Shown here: one piece after another, positions 8,755-18,907 of the stretch
Position numbering within the stretch: the first letter of the stretch is position 1
Layout of the letters: every line of letters begins with the position of its first letter
NCBI GenBank assembly: GCA_900617105.1
Contig: UYFQ01000001.1
Span: 558,001-622,000, forward strand
DNA: 64,000 nt
Reading direction: 5' to 3'
Source: Hydrurus foetidus
Taxonomy: Eukaryota
The notes under the pieces: generated by a model
What the model saw: the letters and a program-made list of their open reading frames with translations, nothing else
Databases searched by the model: none
Told to the model about the DNA's origin: nothing
Translations under genes and position numbers: made by a program

Positions 8755-11234
8755 ATCTGAATCGCTTTCTTTTTCAATCTCTTTTGATCGCTTGGCTGTG
8801 CTGCTGCGCGATAAGCGGGGTGCATGCGGCCAGCGCGTACTATCGCTTAGAGGGCAGTGCTGCTGCATTTTCAGGCGCAGTAGACCAAAGCGCATTGAAC
8901 CAAGCATTGACAGCTGCCGATCAAATCGCTGTACACGGCGGGCATTTTTTCACCGTAGGCGCTGACGGTCAGCCCGCCACCGCAGACGACCGCCGGGTGC
9001 GGCTCTACGGTGTGAACCTCACCTACAACGCCAACTTCCCTGAGCCCGACATGGCCCGCCAAGTCGCCCGCCGTTTACGCTCTTTGGGTATCAATGCGGT
9101 GCGCTTGCACCACCTGGATTCAACCCCGGATGCCAGCGCTGACCAAGTCCACAGCGTGTTGCTCCAAGGCTCTGGCTCTTCTTCCGCCACGGCGTTCCCC
9201 ACCTTCAACCGCACCGCCGTAGAGCGTCTCAAGTTCTTTTTGAAAGCCTTGAAAGATGAAGGCATTTACGCCAACCTGAACCTCTATGTGGGCTACCGCT
9301 TTCGCCCTGGCATGGACGGCGTACCACCACTGGTATCTGGGGCGGCGGTCTTGCCCCCAGGATCTCCTGTCTCTGTTTTTCACCCCAGCCTGATTGCCTT
9401 ACAGACCCGCTATGCCCAAGCCTTGATTCAGCAGTTGGGATTGAATCTGAACCCACAGTTGGCCATGGTTGAGATCCGCAACGAATCCTCCTTGGCCTCA
9501 GCGTGGCAGGCGTGGAATACCAAAGACTGGACGGACGCGGTGCAAGGTGCGTATGCCGATGAGCTCATGCGCCAGTGGAATGTGTGGCTGGTGCGCACTT
9601 ACGGCTCGACAGACAAAGCCTGCGCCCGTTGGGCCGATTGCGCCAACACAGGCCCGCAACCCCTGCTGACCCCTGAAGATGCCGACGCGCTGCGAACCGG
9701 TCAGCAGACGGGGCAGATGGCCCGCGTTATGGGCAAGATGATGGACAGTTTTGACGCGTTGCTGAACCGCGTCAAGGCGTGGGTGAACTGGCCGCCCACC
9801 ACCGCAACGCCAGCGGGTGCGATGTTGCGTGGCATGGATTTTGTGCGCTTCATCGCCGATACCGATCAGCATTACTTTGAGACCCTCAAGCAGGCAGTGC
9901 GGGGTGCGGCTGGCCCGCTGGTGCCCATCACGGGCACCCAAATGGGTTTTGGTGGGCCACTGAATTACCTCTCGCAAGGCAGTATGGACTACCTGGACGA
10001 GCACTTTTACGTTGACCATTACGACTTCCCCCACGCCCCTTGGGATGCCAACGATTGGCGCATCAAAGACAGCTCGCTCACCGGCACCGACATGGGTACC
10101 TTGGTGGGGCTGGCACGCCACCGCGACTTGCGTCGCCCCTTCGTAGTCAGCGAATACAACCAAGCCTACCCCAACCGCCAAGGTGCTGAAATGCCCCCCG
10201 TGGTGGCGGTGTTGGCATCTCTGCAAGACTGGGATGGTTTGTTTCAGTTTGACTATGCCGACGGCGACAACTGGGGCGTGTTGCCTTCAGGCTTCCGCTT
10301 ATCGGGCGATTGGGCCAAGTTGGCGGTGACGGGGCAATCCGCTCGCCTTTTCAGGGCTGGGCTGTTGCCTCCCCGCACTGTACAGGCACCACAGGTGCTC
10401 GATGCCCAAGCCTTGTTGCAGGGCGGGGCGCTGCGGCGGCGCGAAGGGCGGGGTGAGCCTCACGGGGCCGTGGTGCAGCCAGGAACACCTTGGACACCTG
10501 AAGGTATTTTTCAAACCCAGCTGGGCACCTTGCTGGACGCCAAGGTGGGCGGTGCTGCACCCCCGGTCACTCTGAACTCTCAGGCCTTTTCAACCTCGTC
10601 GGTCGCGTCGGTTGTCTATTCCACCGACGAATCCCGTTTGGTGTTTTCTGCCCCCCAGCTTGCCGGTTTCGCTGGCAAAGTCGCCCCTGGTCAACGCATT
10701 GATGTGGACCACGCGAGCGTTGAGCTGTTGGACTCGCGTCAAGCCTTTGCGACCGTGGTACTCACGTCTTTGGATGGGCTGCCGCTGAGCAGTGCGCAAC
10801 GCATTTTGGTTTCACTGCCAGGCCATGTGGTGGGCAGCCAGCCGGGCAGCTTGCCAGTACGCGCACAAAAACGGGTTCCTTACCCCTCCACCAGTGGTGG
10901 AGGTACTGCGGGTGAAACGTGGTGGACCCTCGAGCCTGACCCCAGCCGCAAAGGCAAACCATCAGGCGCACGGGATGCCCAGGGGCCGTTGTGGATGGAG
11001 CGGGTGCCTGTCAAGTTGACGTTGAAAAAAACCGAAAACCAGGCCAGCCAAACGCCTACTCTGGTGGTTTACCCGTTGAATTTGGTGGGTCAGCGCTTGC
11101 CCGCTTTGCCTGCAGCCTCGGTGCGCCAGCAAAGCAGCGATGATGTCATCACCTTGCAAATGGAGTCGGCACCCCAGTCACCTTGGTACGAAATCGTGCG
11201 CTCTTTTTCCACGCCCGCCGGGCTTCGTCCTTAA
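8751..11234 (+). CDS. Secreted clan GH-A (GH5-like) glycoside hydrolase
   Basis: Signal peptide, RLYGVNL, GINAVRLHHLD, putative acid/base EIRNE, DEHFY and putative nucleophile VVSEYN. Confidence 0.7.
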   Translation: MNLNRFLFQSLLIAWLCCCAISGVHAASAYYRLEGSAAAFSGAVDQSALNQALTAADQIAVHGGHFFTVGADGQPATADDRRVRLYGVNLTYNANFPEPDMARQVARRLRSLGINAVRLHHLDSTPDASADQVHSVLLQGSGSSSATAFPTFNRTAVERLKFFLKALKDEGIYANLNLYVGYRFRPGMDGVPPLVSGAAVLPPGSPVSVFHPSLIALQTRYAQALIQQLGLNLNPQLAMVEIRNESSLASAWQAWNTKDWTDAVQGAYADELMRQWNVWLVRTYGSTDKACARWADCANTGPQPLLTPEDADALRTGQQTGQMARVMGKMMDSFDALLNRVKAWVNWPPTTATPAGAMLRGMDFVRFIADTDQHYFETLKQAVRGAAGPLVPITGTQMGFGGPLNYLSQGSMDYLDEHFYVDHYDFPHAPWDANDWRIKDSSLTGTDMGTLVGLARHRDLRRPFVVSEYNQAYPNRQGAEMPPVVAVLASLQDWDGLFQFDYADGDNWGVLPSGFRLSGDWAKLAVTGQSARLFRAGLLPPRTVQAPQVLDAQALLQGGALRRREGRGEPHGAVVQPGTPWTPEGIFQTQLGTLLDAKVGGAAPPVTLNSQAFSTSSVASVVYSTDESRLVFSAPQLAGFAGKVAPGQRIDVDHASVELLDSRQAFATVVLTSLDGLPLSSAQRILVSLPGHVVGSQPGSLPVRAQKRVPYPSTSGGGTAGETWWTLEPDPSRKGKPSGARDAQGPLWMERVPVKLTLKKTENQASQTPTLVVYPLNLVGQRLPALPAASVRQQSSDDVITLQMESAPQSPWYEIVRSFSTPAGLRP

Positions 11235-11251
11235 CGCCAAGTCAATCAAGC

Positions 11252-12517
11252 ATGGGTACAAAATTTTCTCTTTGGGCAGGTGGCTTCACACTGGCTTTGT
11301 TGCTTCCTGTGCCGGCCCATGCTGTGACCGAGTTGGTGCTACAGCTGGACTCCTCGTGGCGCACGGACTCTAACCCCTTGCGCTTTCCCGACAACGCCAA
11401 TGTCAGCGCACTGCTGGGGCGCACGTCGACCAACGACAGCATCCTCAGCACCGATGTCCGAGGTGCCGTGATTGTGCCGTTGGACTCCCCTGAAACTCGG
11501 TTGCTGCTGACGGGGCAGCTGGGGCAGCGTCACTATGACCAACTGACCCAGCTCGACAACACAGAGTACGCTTACAAAGCCAACCTGCAATGGCGACTGG
11601 GCAAGCTGTGGAGGGGTGAAATCTCCCACAGCCAAGAGCAGCAGATGTACGGCTATCTCGATGGCAGCTTGAGCAGCCGCGAAATGACCCACCGCACCAC
11701 CGACAACATCGAGCTGGCCTTGCGGGTGACGCCCGACATCGAGTTACCCCTGATCTTGCGCCGCCGCCATCTGCGGTACGACTTGCCTATCAACGCCTTG
11801 TTTGACAACACAGAACGCAGTGCTGATATAGGGGTACGGCTGAGAACCGGCACCAGCTCCACTGCACGAACAGGCTTTCGCAGCACGAGCACCAATTTCC
11901 CAGAGCGCACCGCAGCCCAAGTGACGCTGCTGGATTCAGGCTACCAAGACAACGAGCTGTACCTGGAAAACGACTGGCAATACAGCGTGTTCACCCGCCT
12001 GAGCGGGCGTGTGGCCGCGTTGAAGCGGCGCTACAACGCTTTAGGCAGCAAAGACTTTTCGGCACTCACCACCGAAATGCGCGTGCTGTACGACTATTCC
12101 CCGATGACCCGCCTCACCCTGGAAGCCTGGAGTCGCCCGTACGGCACTACTGACCGCAGCACGCTGTACATATTGGCCAAAGGTGTGCAACTCAGTGCGC
12201 GTTGGCAGGCCAGCGTGAAAACCCGTTTTACGGCGCAAGCGACCCAAGAATTGCAACGCTACCAATACGCCGACTTGCAGCCAGGGCAAAACAACCCTGA
12301 ACTCAGCCGCGTGCGCTGGGGCGGCGGTGTGGTTTACGCCATCACCCGCGATGTGAGTGTGTATGCCGACGGGTTTCGAGAGCGGCTTGACCGAGGCACC
12401 TTGGGCGCGGGTATTTCGCAAACCAGCGTGCGTGCAGGTATCGAATACACCTTTGAGAACATCACCGGTTTGGCCCAGCGAGCAGGGCTGGGTGAGCGAC
12501 GCGCCCTTGCACCTTAA
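11252..12517 (+). CDS. Outer-membrane beta-barrel of polysaccharide export (EpsL-like)
   Basis: Signal peptide ending AHA, DSNPLRF motif, alternating amphipathic strands, YTF near the C-terminus, located in the EPS operon. Confidence 0.7.
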   Translation: MGTKFSLWAGGFTLALLLPVPAHAVTELVLQLDSSWRTDSNPLRFPDNANVSALLGRTSTNDSILSTDVRGAVIVPLDSPETRLLLTGQLGQRHYDQLTQLDNTEYAYKANLQWRLGKLWRGEISHSQEQQMYGYLDGSLSSREMTHRTTDNIELALRVTPDIELPLILRRRHLRYDLPINALFDNTERSADIGVRLRTGTSSTARTGFRSTSTNFPERTAAQVTLLDSGYQDNELYLENDWQYSVFTRLSGRVAALKRRYNALGSKDFSALTTEMRVLYDYSPMTRLTLEAWSRPYGTTDRSTLYILAKGVQLSARWQASVKTRFTAQATQELQRYQYADLQPGQNNPELSRVRWGGGVVYAITRDVSVYADGFRERLDRGTLGAGISQTSVRAGIEYTFENITGLAQRAGLGERRALAP

Positions 12518-12552
12518 CTTTCGCCTTAACCTTTCCTATCATCACTCCTGCC

Positions 12553-13299
12553 ATGAACCCCATTCCGCTCAAAGCTCAACGCTGGCTGGCCGCACGCACG
12601 ATGCGCCGCGACTTGGCTCTCAACCGCGAAGCGGGCGTAGTGAGTTTTAGCTTTGACGATGCTCCGCACAGCGCCTGCGATGCAGGCCGCGCCGTACTGG
12701 AAAAATCCGGCTGTTTGGGGACGTGGTACATCGCCGGTGGCCTGACCGACAAGCCCGAACAAGGCCGCATATGCCATTCCGTCGCCGACGTGCAAGACCT
12801 TGTCCGCAGCGGCCACCACATCGGTTGCCACACCTACTCACACAGCCCTTGTGACCGGCTAACGTCTGCCGAGATGACCACAGAGTGGGTGCGCAACAAA
12901 GCGTTCTTTGAGGGCATCGGCATCCCCACCGCAGATTTGCATTTTTCGTTCCCCCTGGGGGCCTTTCACATCAATTCCAAGCGCTTGGCGGCACTTACCT
13001 TCCAGTCGTCTCGCATCACCGGCGGCGGCGTACAAGCAGGCCATGCTGACCTGAACGCCCTGCGCTCAGAGCGGCTGTACCAATCGGTGATGACCCCAGA
13101 GCGCCTAACCCAACTCACCCGCCATGTGGCCCAAACCAAAGGTTGGTTGATTTTCTACACCCACGATGTAGAGGCCAACCCCAGCCAATGGGGCTGTACA
13201 CCGAGCCTGCTGGACACGGCCGTGAAAGCCGCTTTAGACGCAGGCTGTAAGGTCTTGCCGGTAGATAAAGCCGTGCAGTACTGGAACCCTCAACAATGA
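12553..13299 (+). CDS. Polysaccharide deacetylase (CE4/NodB family)
   Basis: SFSFDD, GCHTYSH, FSFPLG and IFYTHDV motifs. Confidence 0.88.
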   Translation: MNPIPLKAQRWLAARTMRRDLALNREAGVVSFSFDDAPHSACDAGRAVLEKSGCLGTWYIAGGLTDKPEQGRICHSVADVQDLVRSGHHIGCHTYSHSPCDRLTSAEMTTEWVRNKAFFEGIGIPTADLHFSFPLGAFHINSKRLAALTFQSSRITGGGVQAGHADLNALRSERLYQSVMTPERLTQLTRHVAQTKGWLIFYTHDVEANPSQWGCTPSLLDTAVKAALDAGCKVLPVDKAVQYWNPQQ

Positions 13300-14357
13300 G
13301 TACCCCTATGACAGAAAAATCATACAAACCTTATTTAGATGGCTTAAGAGGTTTGTCGATTTTGATCGTCGCCATTTCTCATGGTGGATTTGGAAAAATA
13401 ATCCCTGGTGGTTTCGGATTGACCATTTTCTTTTTTATCAGTGGTTATTTGATAACGTCGCTGTTGCTCAAAGAAAAAGAAAATACAGGCAGCATCCATA
13501 TGCCCAATTTCTACATGCGCCGCTTGTGGCGGTTACTGCCCGCTTTGGTGGTATATATAGCGGTGGCCAGTGTGGTGTCATTGATGATGAATGAAAAACT
13601 GCATATCAGCGAAGCGTTATCAGCTGTTTTTTATTACTCTAATTACTACAAATTGTTCATTCACTACACGCCCATGGGTGGTGTGTATTCACCCTACGAT
13701 GTGCTGTGGAGTTTGGCCGTCGAAGAGCATTTTTATCTTTTCTTTGCGCCGCTGATCGCTTTCGTTAAAAACAAAAGAACGATGCTGATCGCAGTGGTGT
13801 CGATGCTGATAATTCCCGTGCTGGTGCGGGCACTGGTGACGCAATTCACATCGGCTGATTTTTCTGATGAGTACACCTACCGCGCCACCGAATCCCGCAT
13901 GGATTCAATCGCCTACGGCTGCCTGTTGGCGATGGTGGGTTACAAGTCTTTTTTCAAACTCGATTCACGCTGGGTATTTTTAATCGGTTGCTTAGGCATT
14001 GTGGCCTCGCTGCTGTTTCGAAACGAATACTTTCGCCAAGTCTTCAGGTACACCTTGCAAGGGCTTTGCCTGTACCTTGTTTTTGGCGAAATTATTTATG
14101 CTGAAAAACTGCAAGCAATTCGCACCGCCTTGTCAGGTAAATTCATTGTGTTTATCGGTAAGCTGAGTTACTCGATCTACCTGTACCACTGGTTGGCTTT
14201 GATTCTGGTGATGATCGCCTTCGGCGGTGTGCTGATGACACCGGTATGGCAGTCGGCTTATTGGGGTTTAACCATGGCGCTGTCGATCGCGTCTTACTTT
14301 GTGGTGGAGCGACCCACCCTGAAACTTCGCGTTAAGTATGGTTCGAATGTTCAATGA
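13296..14357 (+). CDS. Acyltransferase family 3 (OafA-like) membrane protein
   Basis: LDGLRG, FFFISGYLI, RRLWRLLP, WSLAVEEHFY and SYSIYLYH motifs. Visibly more AT-rich than its neighbours. Confidence 0.92.
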   Translation: MSTPMTEKSYKPYLDGLRGLSILIVAISHGGFGKIIPGGFGLTIFFFISGYLITSLLLKEKENTGSIHMPNFYMRRLWRLLPALVVYIAVASVVSLMMNEKLHISEALSAVFYYSNYYKLFIHYTPMGGVYSPYDVLWSLAVEEHFYLFFAPLIAFVKNKRTMLIAVVSMLIIPVLVRALVTQFTSADFSDEYTYRATESRMDSIAYGCLLAMVGYKSFFKLDSRWVFLIGCLGIVASLLFRNEYFRQVFRYTLQGLCLYLVFGEIIYAEKLQAIRTALSGKFIVFIGKLSYSIYLYHWLALILVMIAFGGVLMTPVWQSAYWGLTMALSIASYFVVERPTLKLRVKYGSNVQ

Positions 14358-14360
14358 TTT

Positions 14361-16250
14361 TTAAGAACCACTGAACTCGCTGCCAAACCGCTGTTTGCAA
14401 TACCCCACCAGATAGTCCACCAAATACCGCTGCGACCAGCGTGGGGTAAATGTGTGGTCTGCGTAGGGCACGGTTTCCATCGTCAAATGGGCTGACGAGC
14501 CCAGCAGGCTGGCGTTGGGCCCCAGCTCTGCGGCCACCACGTCGATGGCGGCGTCGTCGGCACCGAAAATGAAGAGGCATTCGGTGCCTCGGGCTTGCAG
14601 CTGCTTGAAGTTGCGTGCCACGGGTGGGAGTTGCTGTGAGGTCAGTCCTGTGGCGTGGCTGATTCGCTGCGCCAGTTGCTGCAAGCGGCCAGCGAGTCGG
14701 GTTGCGAGCTTGGTGGCGATGTTTTTCAGTGCAATCTCGCCTGCCAAGGCCCGCTTCCAGGTGCTTGCATCGGTTAATGCACGCAGGTAAAAACCGTTTG
14801 ATTTGATGGTCTGCTGGATGCGGTCGCTCAGCACATCACCCTCGTGCCATTGGAAGGTAAGGGGGTTAATCATCACCAGTCCGACAGCTCTGGGGTCTAG
14901 GGTGGCAGCGTGGTACGAAAAATAAGCACCGGAACACAAACCTCCCAGCACAAAACCGGTGCTGGCGCGTTGCACTTGCAAAAAATCCATCGCAGCACGC
15001 ACATCATCTATGCCTGATGCAGCGTACACCTCGTTTTCTTGGCCTTGGGGTGTGGCACGGCTGTAGCCCATGCCGGCACGGTCAAAGCGCAGTACACAGA
15101 AGCCGTTAGCAGCCAAGCTGCGGGCGAGCTGGACGTACAGCCGGTGGTTACCTACGCGGTGGCTGCTGCCAATGTTGGTCAGCACCACAGCAATGGCGGT
15201 GGTTGGTCGGTCGTGGGGCTCGGTGACTACACCACTCAGTCCGTTGAAGCTGACCAAGGTTTCGCCCAAGGCTGCGCCTGCGGCATGCAGCTGGGTATGG
15301 GGTGCGGTATCCGTGTCTATCGCCTCGAAAGCACTCCAAGTGTTTGTCAGGGGCGCTTTGAAGTCTAATTCGGGATTTTCGTTACTATTGTCAGCATAGT
15401 CTGCTCTATTTTCAATAGCAAATTGCCCACCCATCCACGTCACCAACGCGTCCCACACGGCATCTGGCACCTGTGTGCTGTGGGCATCGCTGGTCATCAT
15501 GGCGGCGTAGCCACCCAAGGGGCAGACCGTCACATCCGCCTGATGCTGCCTCATCGTTTCGAGCAATTTGCGTTCAGAGCCGCTCACATCGTCGCGGCCA
15601 TTGAGGAACACTGGGCATTCGAGCGTGGGCAGTAGCTTGAGCATGTCCAGCTGACCCAAGTCAGCTTGGGTGGTGGCATCCAAGGCGTAGCCGGTGATTT
15701 CACTTTCTGTCACCGCTTGTGCCCGGTCGGGCGAGACGGGCAGGGGGCTGAGGCGGGCGAAGGCTTTGAGCTCGCGCACATAGCCTCGGCCTGAGACCAC
15801 CGGGGCCACCAAGGCCAAGGCCGCCACGGGCGTGGTTGCGGCCACGCTGGCAGCCAGTAACGCACCCAACCGTACACCAAACAAGGCGACTTTGGCCACG
15901 CCTGAGCGCTGTTTCAGTGCGGCTAATGCCAGCGTGATGCCGTGCTGCCAAGCGGCCACCCTGGGGCCGTCGCTGTCGGCGGAGTCACCACAGCCGTCGT
16001 AGTCAAAAAAGACGACAGGGAAGCCTGCTTGCGCCAAGCGCTCAGCCAACTTGCGGTAAGCGCGGTAGGTCACCAGATACTCGTGACCAAATGGTGCGCA
16101 CAGCACCACGCCGCAAGAGCGAACGGGTGTATGTCGGGCGTAGGCGTGCGGAGCGTGGTACCAGCCCATCAGCGGGCAGGTTGCATCGCCAAACCAAAAC
16201 GGCTCAGCCATGACCGCTGCTACCGCTTTTGCGTCCCTTTTCATCGTCAT
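14361..16250 (-). CDS. Tandem alpha/beta-hydrolase (two fused domains resembling exosortase-associated hydrolase 2 and hydrolase 1)
   Basis: Domain 1 has FDYDGCGDS and elbow GVRLG. Domain 2 has RFDRAGMGYS, elbow GLCSG and DHTF. Confidence 0.8.
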   Translation of the reverse strand: MTMKRDAKAVAAVMAEPFWFGDATCPLMGWYHAPHAYARHTPVRSCGVVLCAPFGHEYLVTYRAYRKLAERLAQAGFPVVFFDYDGCGDSADSDGPRVAAWQHGITLALAALKQRSGVAKVALFGVRLGALLAASVAATTPVAALALVAPVVSGRGYVRELKAFARLSPLPVSPDRAQAVTESEITGYALDATTQADLGQLDMLKLLPTLECPVFLNGRDDVSGSERKLLETMRQHQADVTVCPLGGYAAMMTSDAHSTQVPDAVWDALVTWMGGQFAIENRADYADNSNENPELDFKAPLTNTWSAFEAIDTDTAPHTQLHAAGAALGETLVSFNGLSGVVTEPHDRPTTAIAVVLTNIGSSHRVGNHRLYVQLARSLAANGFCVLRFDRAGMGYSRATPQGQENEVYAASGIDDVRAAMDFLQVQRASTGFVLGGLCSGAYFSYHAATLDPRAVGLVMINPLTFQWHEGDVLSDRIQQTIKSNGFYLRALTDASTWKRALAGEIALKNIATKLATRLAGRLQQLAQRISHATGLTSQQLPPVARNFKQLQARGTECLFIFGADDAAIDVVAAELGPNASLLGSSAHLTMETVPYADHTFTPRWSQRYLVDYLVGYCKQRFGSEFSGS

Positions 16251-18907
16251 GTGGCTGGGGTTGGTGTTGGTGCTGCGGGGGCGGGCAGCGTGATTTTGAT
16301 GGGCAAATCAGCGTTCAGCGCCGCTACAGTGCCTTGCATCTTGGTGACACTGCGCACAGTAGCTTGAGCAGTGGCAGGCAAAGCCGTCAGCCTGACTGTT
16401 TTGTGGCTACCGGGAGCCATGTGGAAATAATTGTCGTCGGGTCTGAAGCCCGCTACGTCCACAAAAATGGATTGCGCAAACTTACGGCTGGTCAGGTGGA
16501 CGTGCCATGTGCCCTCTGTTGTGGTCGCGAATGCCGCTTGCAGGCCTAAATCTGTGTCGGTCGTGTTGGGTAAACCCAGGGTGTGGTGAAACGCGGGGGC
16601 AATGCGGTGTGCTGCTTCGTTATCCGATTGCACCGTGGCGACCGCCAGGTGGTGGCCTGCTGGCCCGAAACGGTAGGCGTAGGCCGTGTCTAAAAAGTGC
16701 TCAAACAGGCCGTCCGCTCGCAAGGCCAGACTGCCATGCGCGGCTACCTGCACGGGCGTGGTGGTCTGGGCGACGCGGGTGTCCCCGTTGCGGAACAGGT
16801 TCAGCGCCAAGGTGCCCGTGAAGGCGGTGGGGCCATCGTTGACGATATGAACCTCCAGCCCGTTCAAACCTTCGTCCGACAGGAAGAGCGTCAGCGGTTG
16901 CATGGCCCGTTTGGCGTACCAATAGGCTGCTTTGGGTTGACCTGAGGCGTCGATCAAACCCCAGCCTGCACCCAGCCATAAATCACGCAAGAACCAAATC
17001 AAAGCACCCTGGCAAGGCGATTCGGCTCGCCGCCATTCCGACACCGTTTGCGCAATGACTTCACCGGTGGCGACGCGGGACAAGGCCAGATAGCGTGGCA
17101 TGTCGGCGTAGCGCAGGCGCATCGCATCGACGCGGAACAGCTTTGCGGTGTAGTGGTCACGCACATCCTCAAAATCCCAGCCTGCACCGCCATCGCGTGG
17201 CACACGGGCTTTCCAGACGGGTGAGTGGAAGGGCTGGCCACCGTGCTTGAGCAACGCATCGACCGAAGCTTCATCGGGCACGTTGGAGAAGCCCAGGCAC
17301 TCGGTGGTGAAGCGCACGCCAGCGCGACGGGCATCGTCCAAAGGGCGCAAATACGCCCCCACGCCGTAGTAGTGCGATACCGTATGGTCAACCTGGAACG
17401 GCAGCACGCCACCGCTGGGGCTGGACGGCCAGTAGATGGCATCGGGCTTGATCTCTGTGCACAGTGCGGGCAGGGTTTGCGCAAAGAAACTGTTCGACCA
17501 CTGGTCGTGCGTCAAACCCAGCATCGCGGACTGCTGCTCAATTTCGCTGTTGCCACACAGTACAGCGATGCAAGCATTGCTTTGCACGCGGCTTAAAAAC
17601 TGGCGGGCTTCGCGTTCGATGCTGGCGGCGAAAGTGGCATCGCCGACGGGGTAATCCATGTTGGCGAACATGAAATCGTGCCAGACCAAGATGCCCAGCT
17701 CGTCGCAGAGTTGGTAAAACGCATCCGCTTCGTAAACCATCGTGCCACCGATGCGCAGCATGTTCATGCCTGCATCGCGCGCCAGGGTGAGGGTGGGGCG
17801 CAGATCGGCATCGGTGCTGGCGAGGGACACCATGTCGGGCGGTGTCCAGCAGGCTCCCCGGCAGAACACGGGGATGCTGTTGATGTGTACGGCGAATGCG
17901 CCTTTGTCTTGGTTGATGTGCAGCGCTCTGAAGCCCAGCTTGCCAATGTCCAAGGTCTGTACCTGCGTCTGCTCCCCTGTGCTGGTGGTGAGTGTGACTG
18001 TGGCAGCATGCAAGGCGGGTGTGCCGTGGGTGTGTGGCCACCACAGGGCGGGTTGGGGCAGCGTTAAGGTGCCTGTCACAGTGCAGCCACCTTCACCTTC
18101 ACCGTTGTTGCTATGGCCTGTGCTGATGGGACTCAATGTCAGCAGCGCCGCCTGCTTGCCCACGGTCAAGACCGCCGTGCGCAGGGTGATGCTTGGGCAG
18201 GTTTGCAGGTGCAGTGTGATGGCCACCTGTCCATCGCCATCCACTACCGAGGTGCGCACGTCAGCGTGCTTTAGCCGCAGTGAACTGGGCGCAGCTTCCA
18301 GCGTGATAGCGCGGAACGGCCCTACCGGCGCGACGGGGGGTGACCAGCCAGGAATCCGCCCGAGCAGCGTCGTGCGTACCCAGCGCAGTTGCTGCTGCGC
18401 CACCAGCCGCGTCTTCCAGCGTGGCCGGGGGCGGCGCGTGGCGAGGGCGGTGTTGACGGCTTTGAAATGGATGAACAACTGGCCGGTGCGAGGGTGCTGG
18501 CTTAAGTCTACGGTGTGGGCGGTGAACATGTTGTCACTGCTCAGCAGCAGCGTGTCATCCCAATACACATCGGCCAGCGTGGCCAAACCGTCCAGGTTCA
18601 ACAGCAGATGCTGCGCTTGCGGCAGGGCATCCCCCAGCGGATCGGCACAGCGAAACCAGTAATCGATTGCATCGAAATCGTGTTCACCGTATTTGAACCG
18701 GCCCACAGCCCGCAGCGCAGAGGCCACGGTGCCGGGCACGAGGGCGGGTGTCCAGTGCAGCGTTGGGGCGGTGAGTTCTGAGGGGCGGGTGATGCTTCCC
18801 GGTGCCACGCCGGTGAACGACCAGCCCTGTGTCAGGGGGATGGGGGTAACGGGGTTGCCAGTGGGTTTGGCTGTGGGGTGGGCGTTCGCCCAAACGGCGT
18901 AAGCCAT
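16247..18907 (-). CDS. Glycoside hydrolase family 2 (beta-mannosidase-like), no signal peptide
   Basis: DGLATLADV, FCRGACWTP, MNMLRIGG, CDELGILVWHDFMFA, CGNSE, SHYYGVG and TECLGF motifs. ATG at 18907 overlaps the upstream stop. Confidence 0.88.
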   Translation of the reverse strand: MAYAVWANAHPTAKPTGNPVTPIPLTQGWSFTGVAPGSITRPSELTAPTLHWTPALVPGTVASALRAVGRFKYGEHDFDAIDYWFRCADPLGDALPQAQHLLLNLDGLATLADVYWDDTLLLSSDNMFTAHTVDLSQHPRTGQLFIHFKAVNTALATRRPRPRWKTRLVAQQQLRWVRTTLLGRIPGWSPPVAPVGPFRAITLEAAPSSLRLKHADVRTSVVDGDGQVAITLHLQTCPSITLRTAVLTVGKQAALLTLSPISTGHSNNGEGEGGCTVTGTLTLPQPALWWPHTHGTPALHAATVTLTTSTGEQTQVQTLDIGKLGFRALHINQDKGAFAVHINSIPVFCRGACWTPPDMVSLASTDADLRPTLTLARDAGMNMLRIGGTMVYEADAFYQLCDELGILVWHDFMFANMDYPVGDATFAASIEREARQFLSRVQSNACIAVLCGNSEIEQQSAMLGLTHDQWSNSFFAQTLPALCTEIKPDAIYWPSSPSGGVLPFQVDHTVSHYYGVGAYLRPLDDARRAGVRFTTECLGFSNVPDEASVDALLKHGGQPFHSPVWKARVPRDGGAGWDFEDVRDHYTAKLFRVDAMRLRYADMPRYLALSRVATGEVIAQTVSEWRRAESPCQGALIWFLRDLWLGAGWGLIDASGQPKAAYWYAKRAMQPLTLFLSDEGLNGLEVHIVNDGPTAFTGTLALNLFRNGDTRVAQTTTPVQVAAHGSLALRADGLFEHFLDTAYAYRFGPAGHHLAVATVQSDNEAAHRIAPAFHHTLGLPNTTDTDLGLQAAFATTTEGTWHVHLTSRKFAQSIFVDVAGFRPDDNYFHMAPGSHKTVRLTALPATAQATVRSVTKMQGTVAALNADLPIKITLPAPAAPTPTPAT

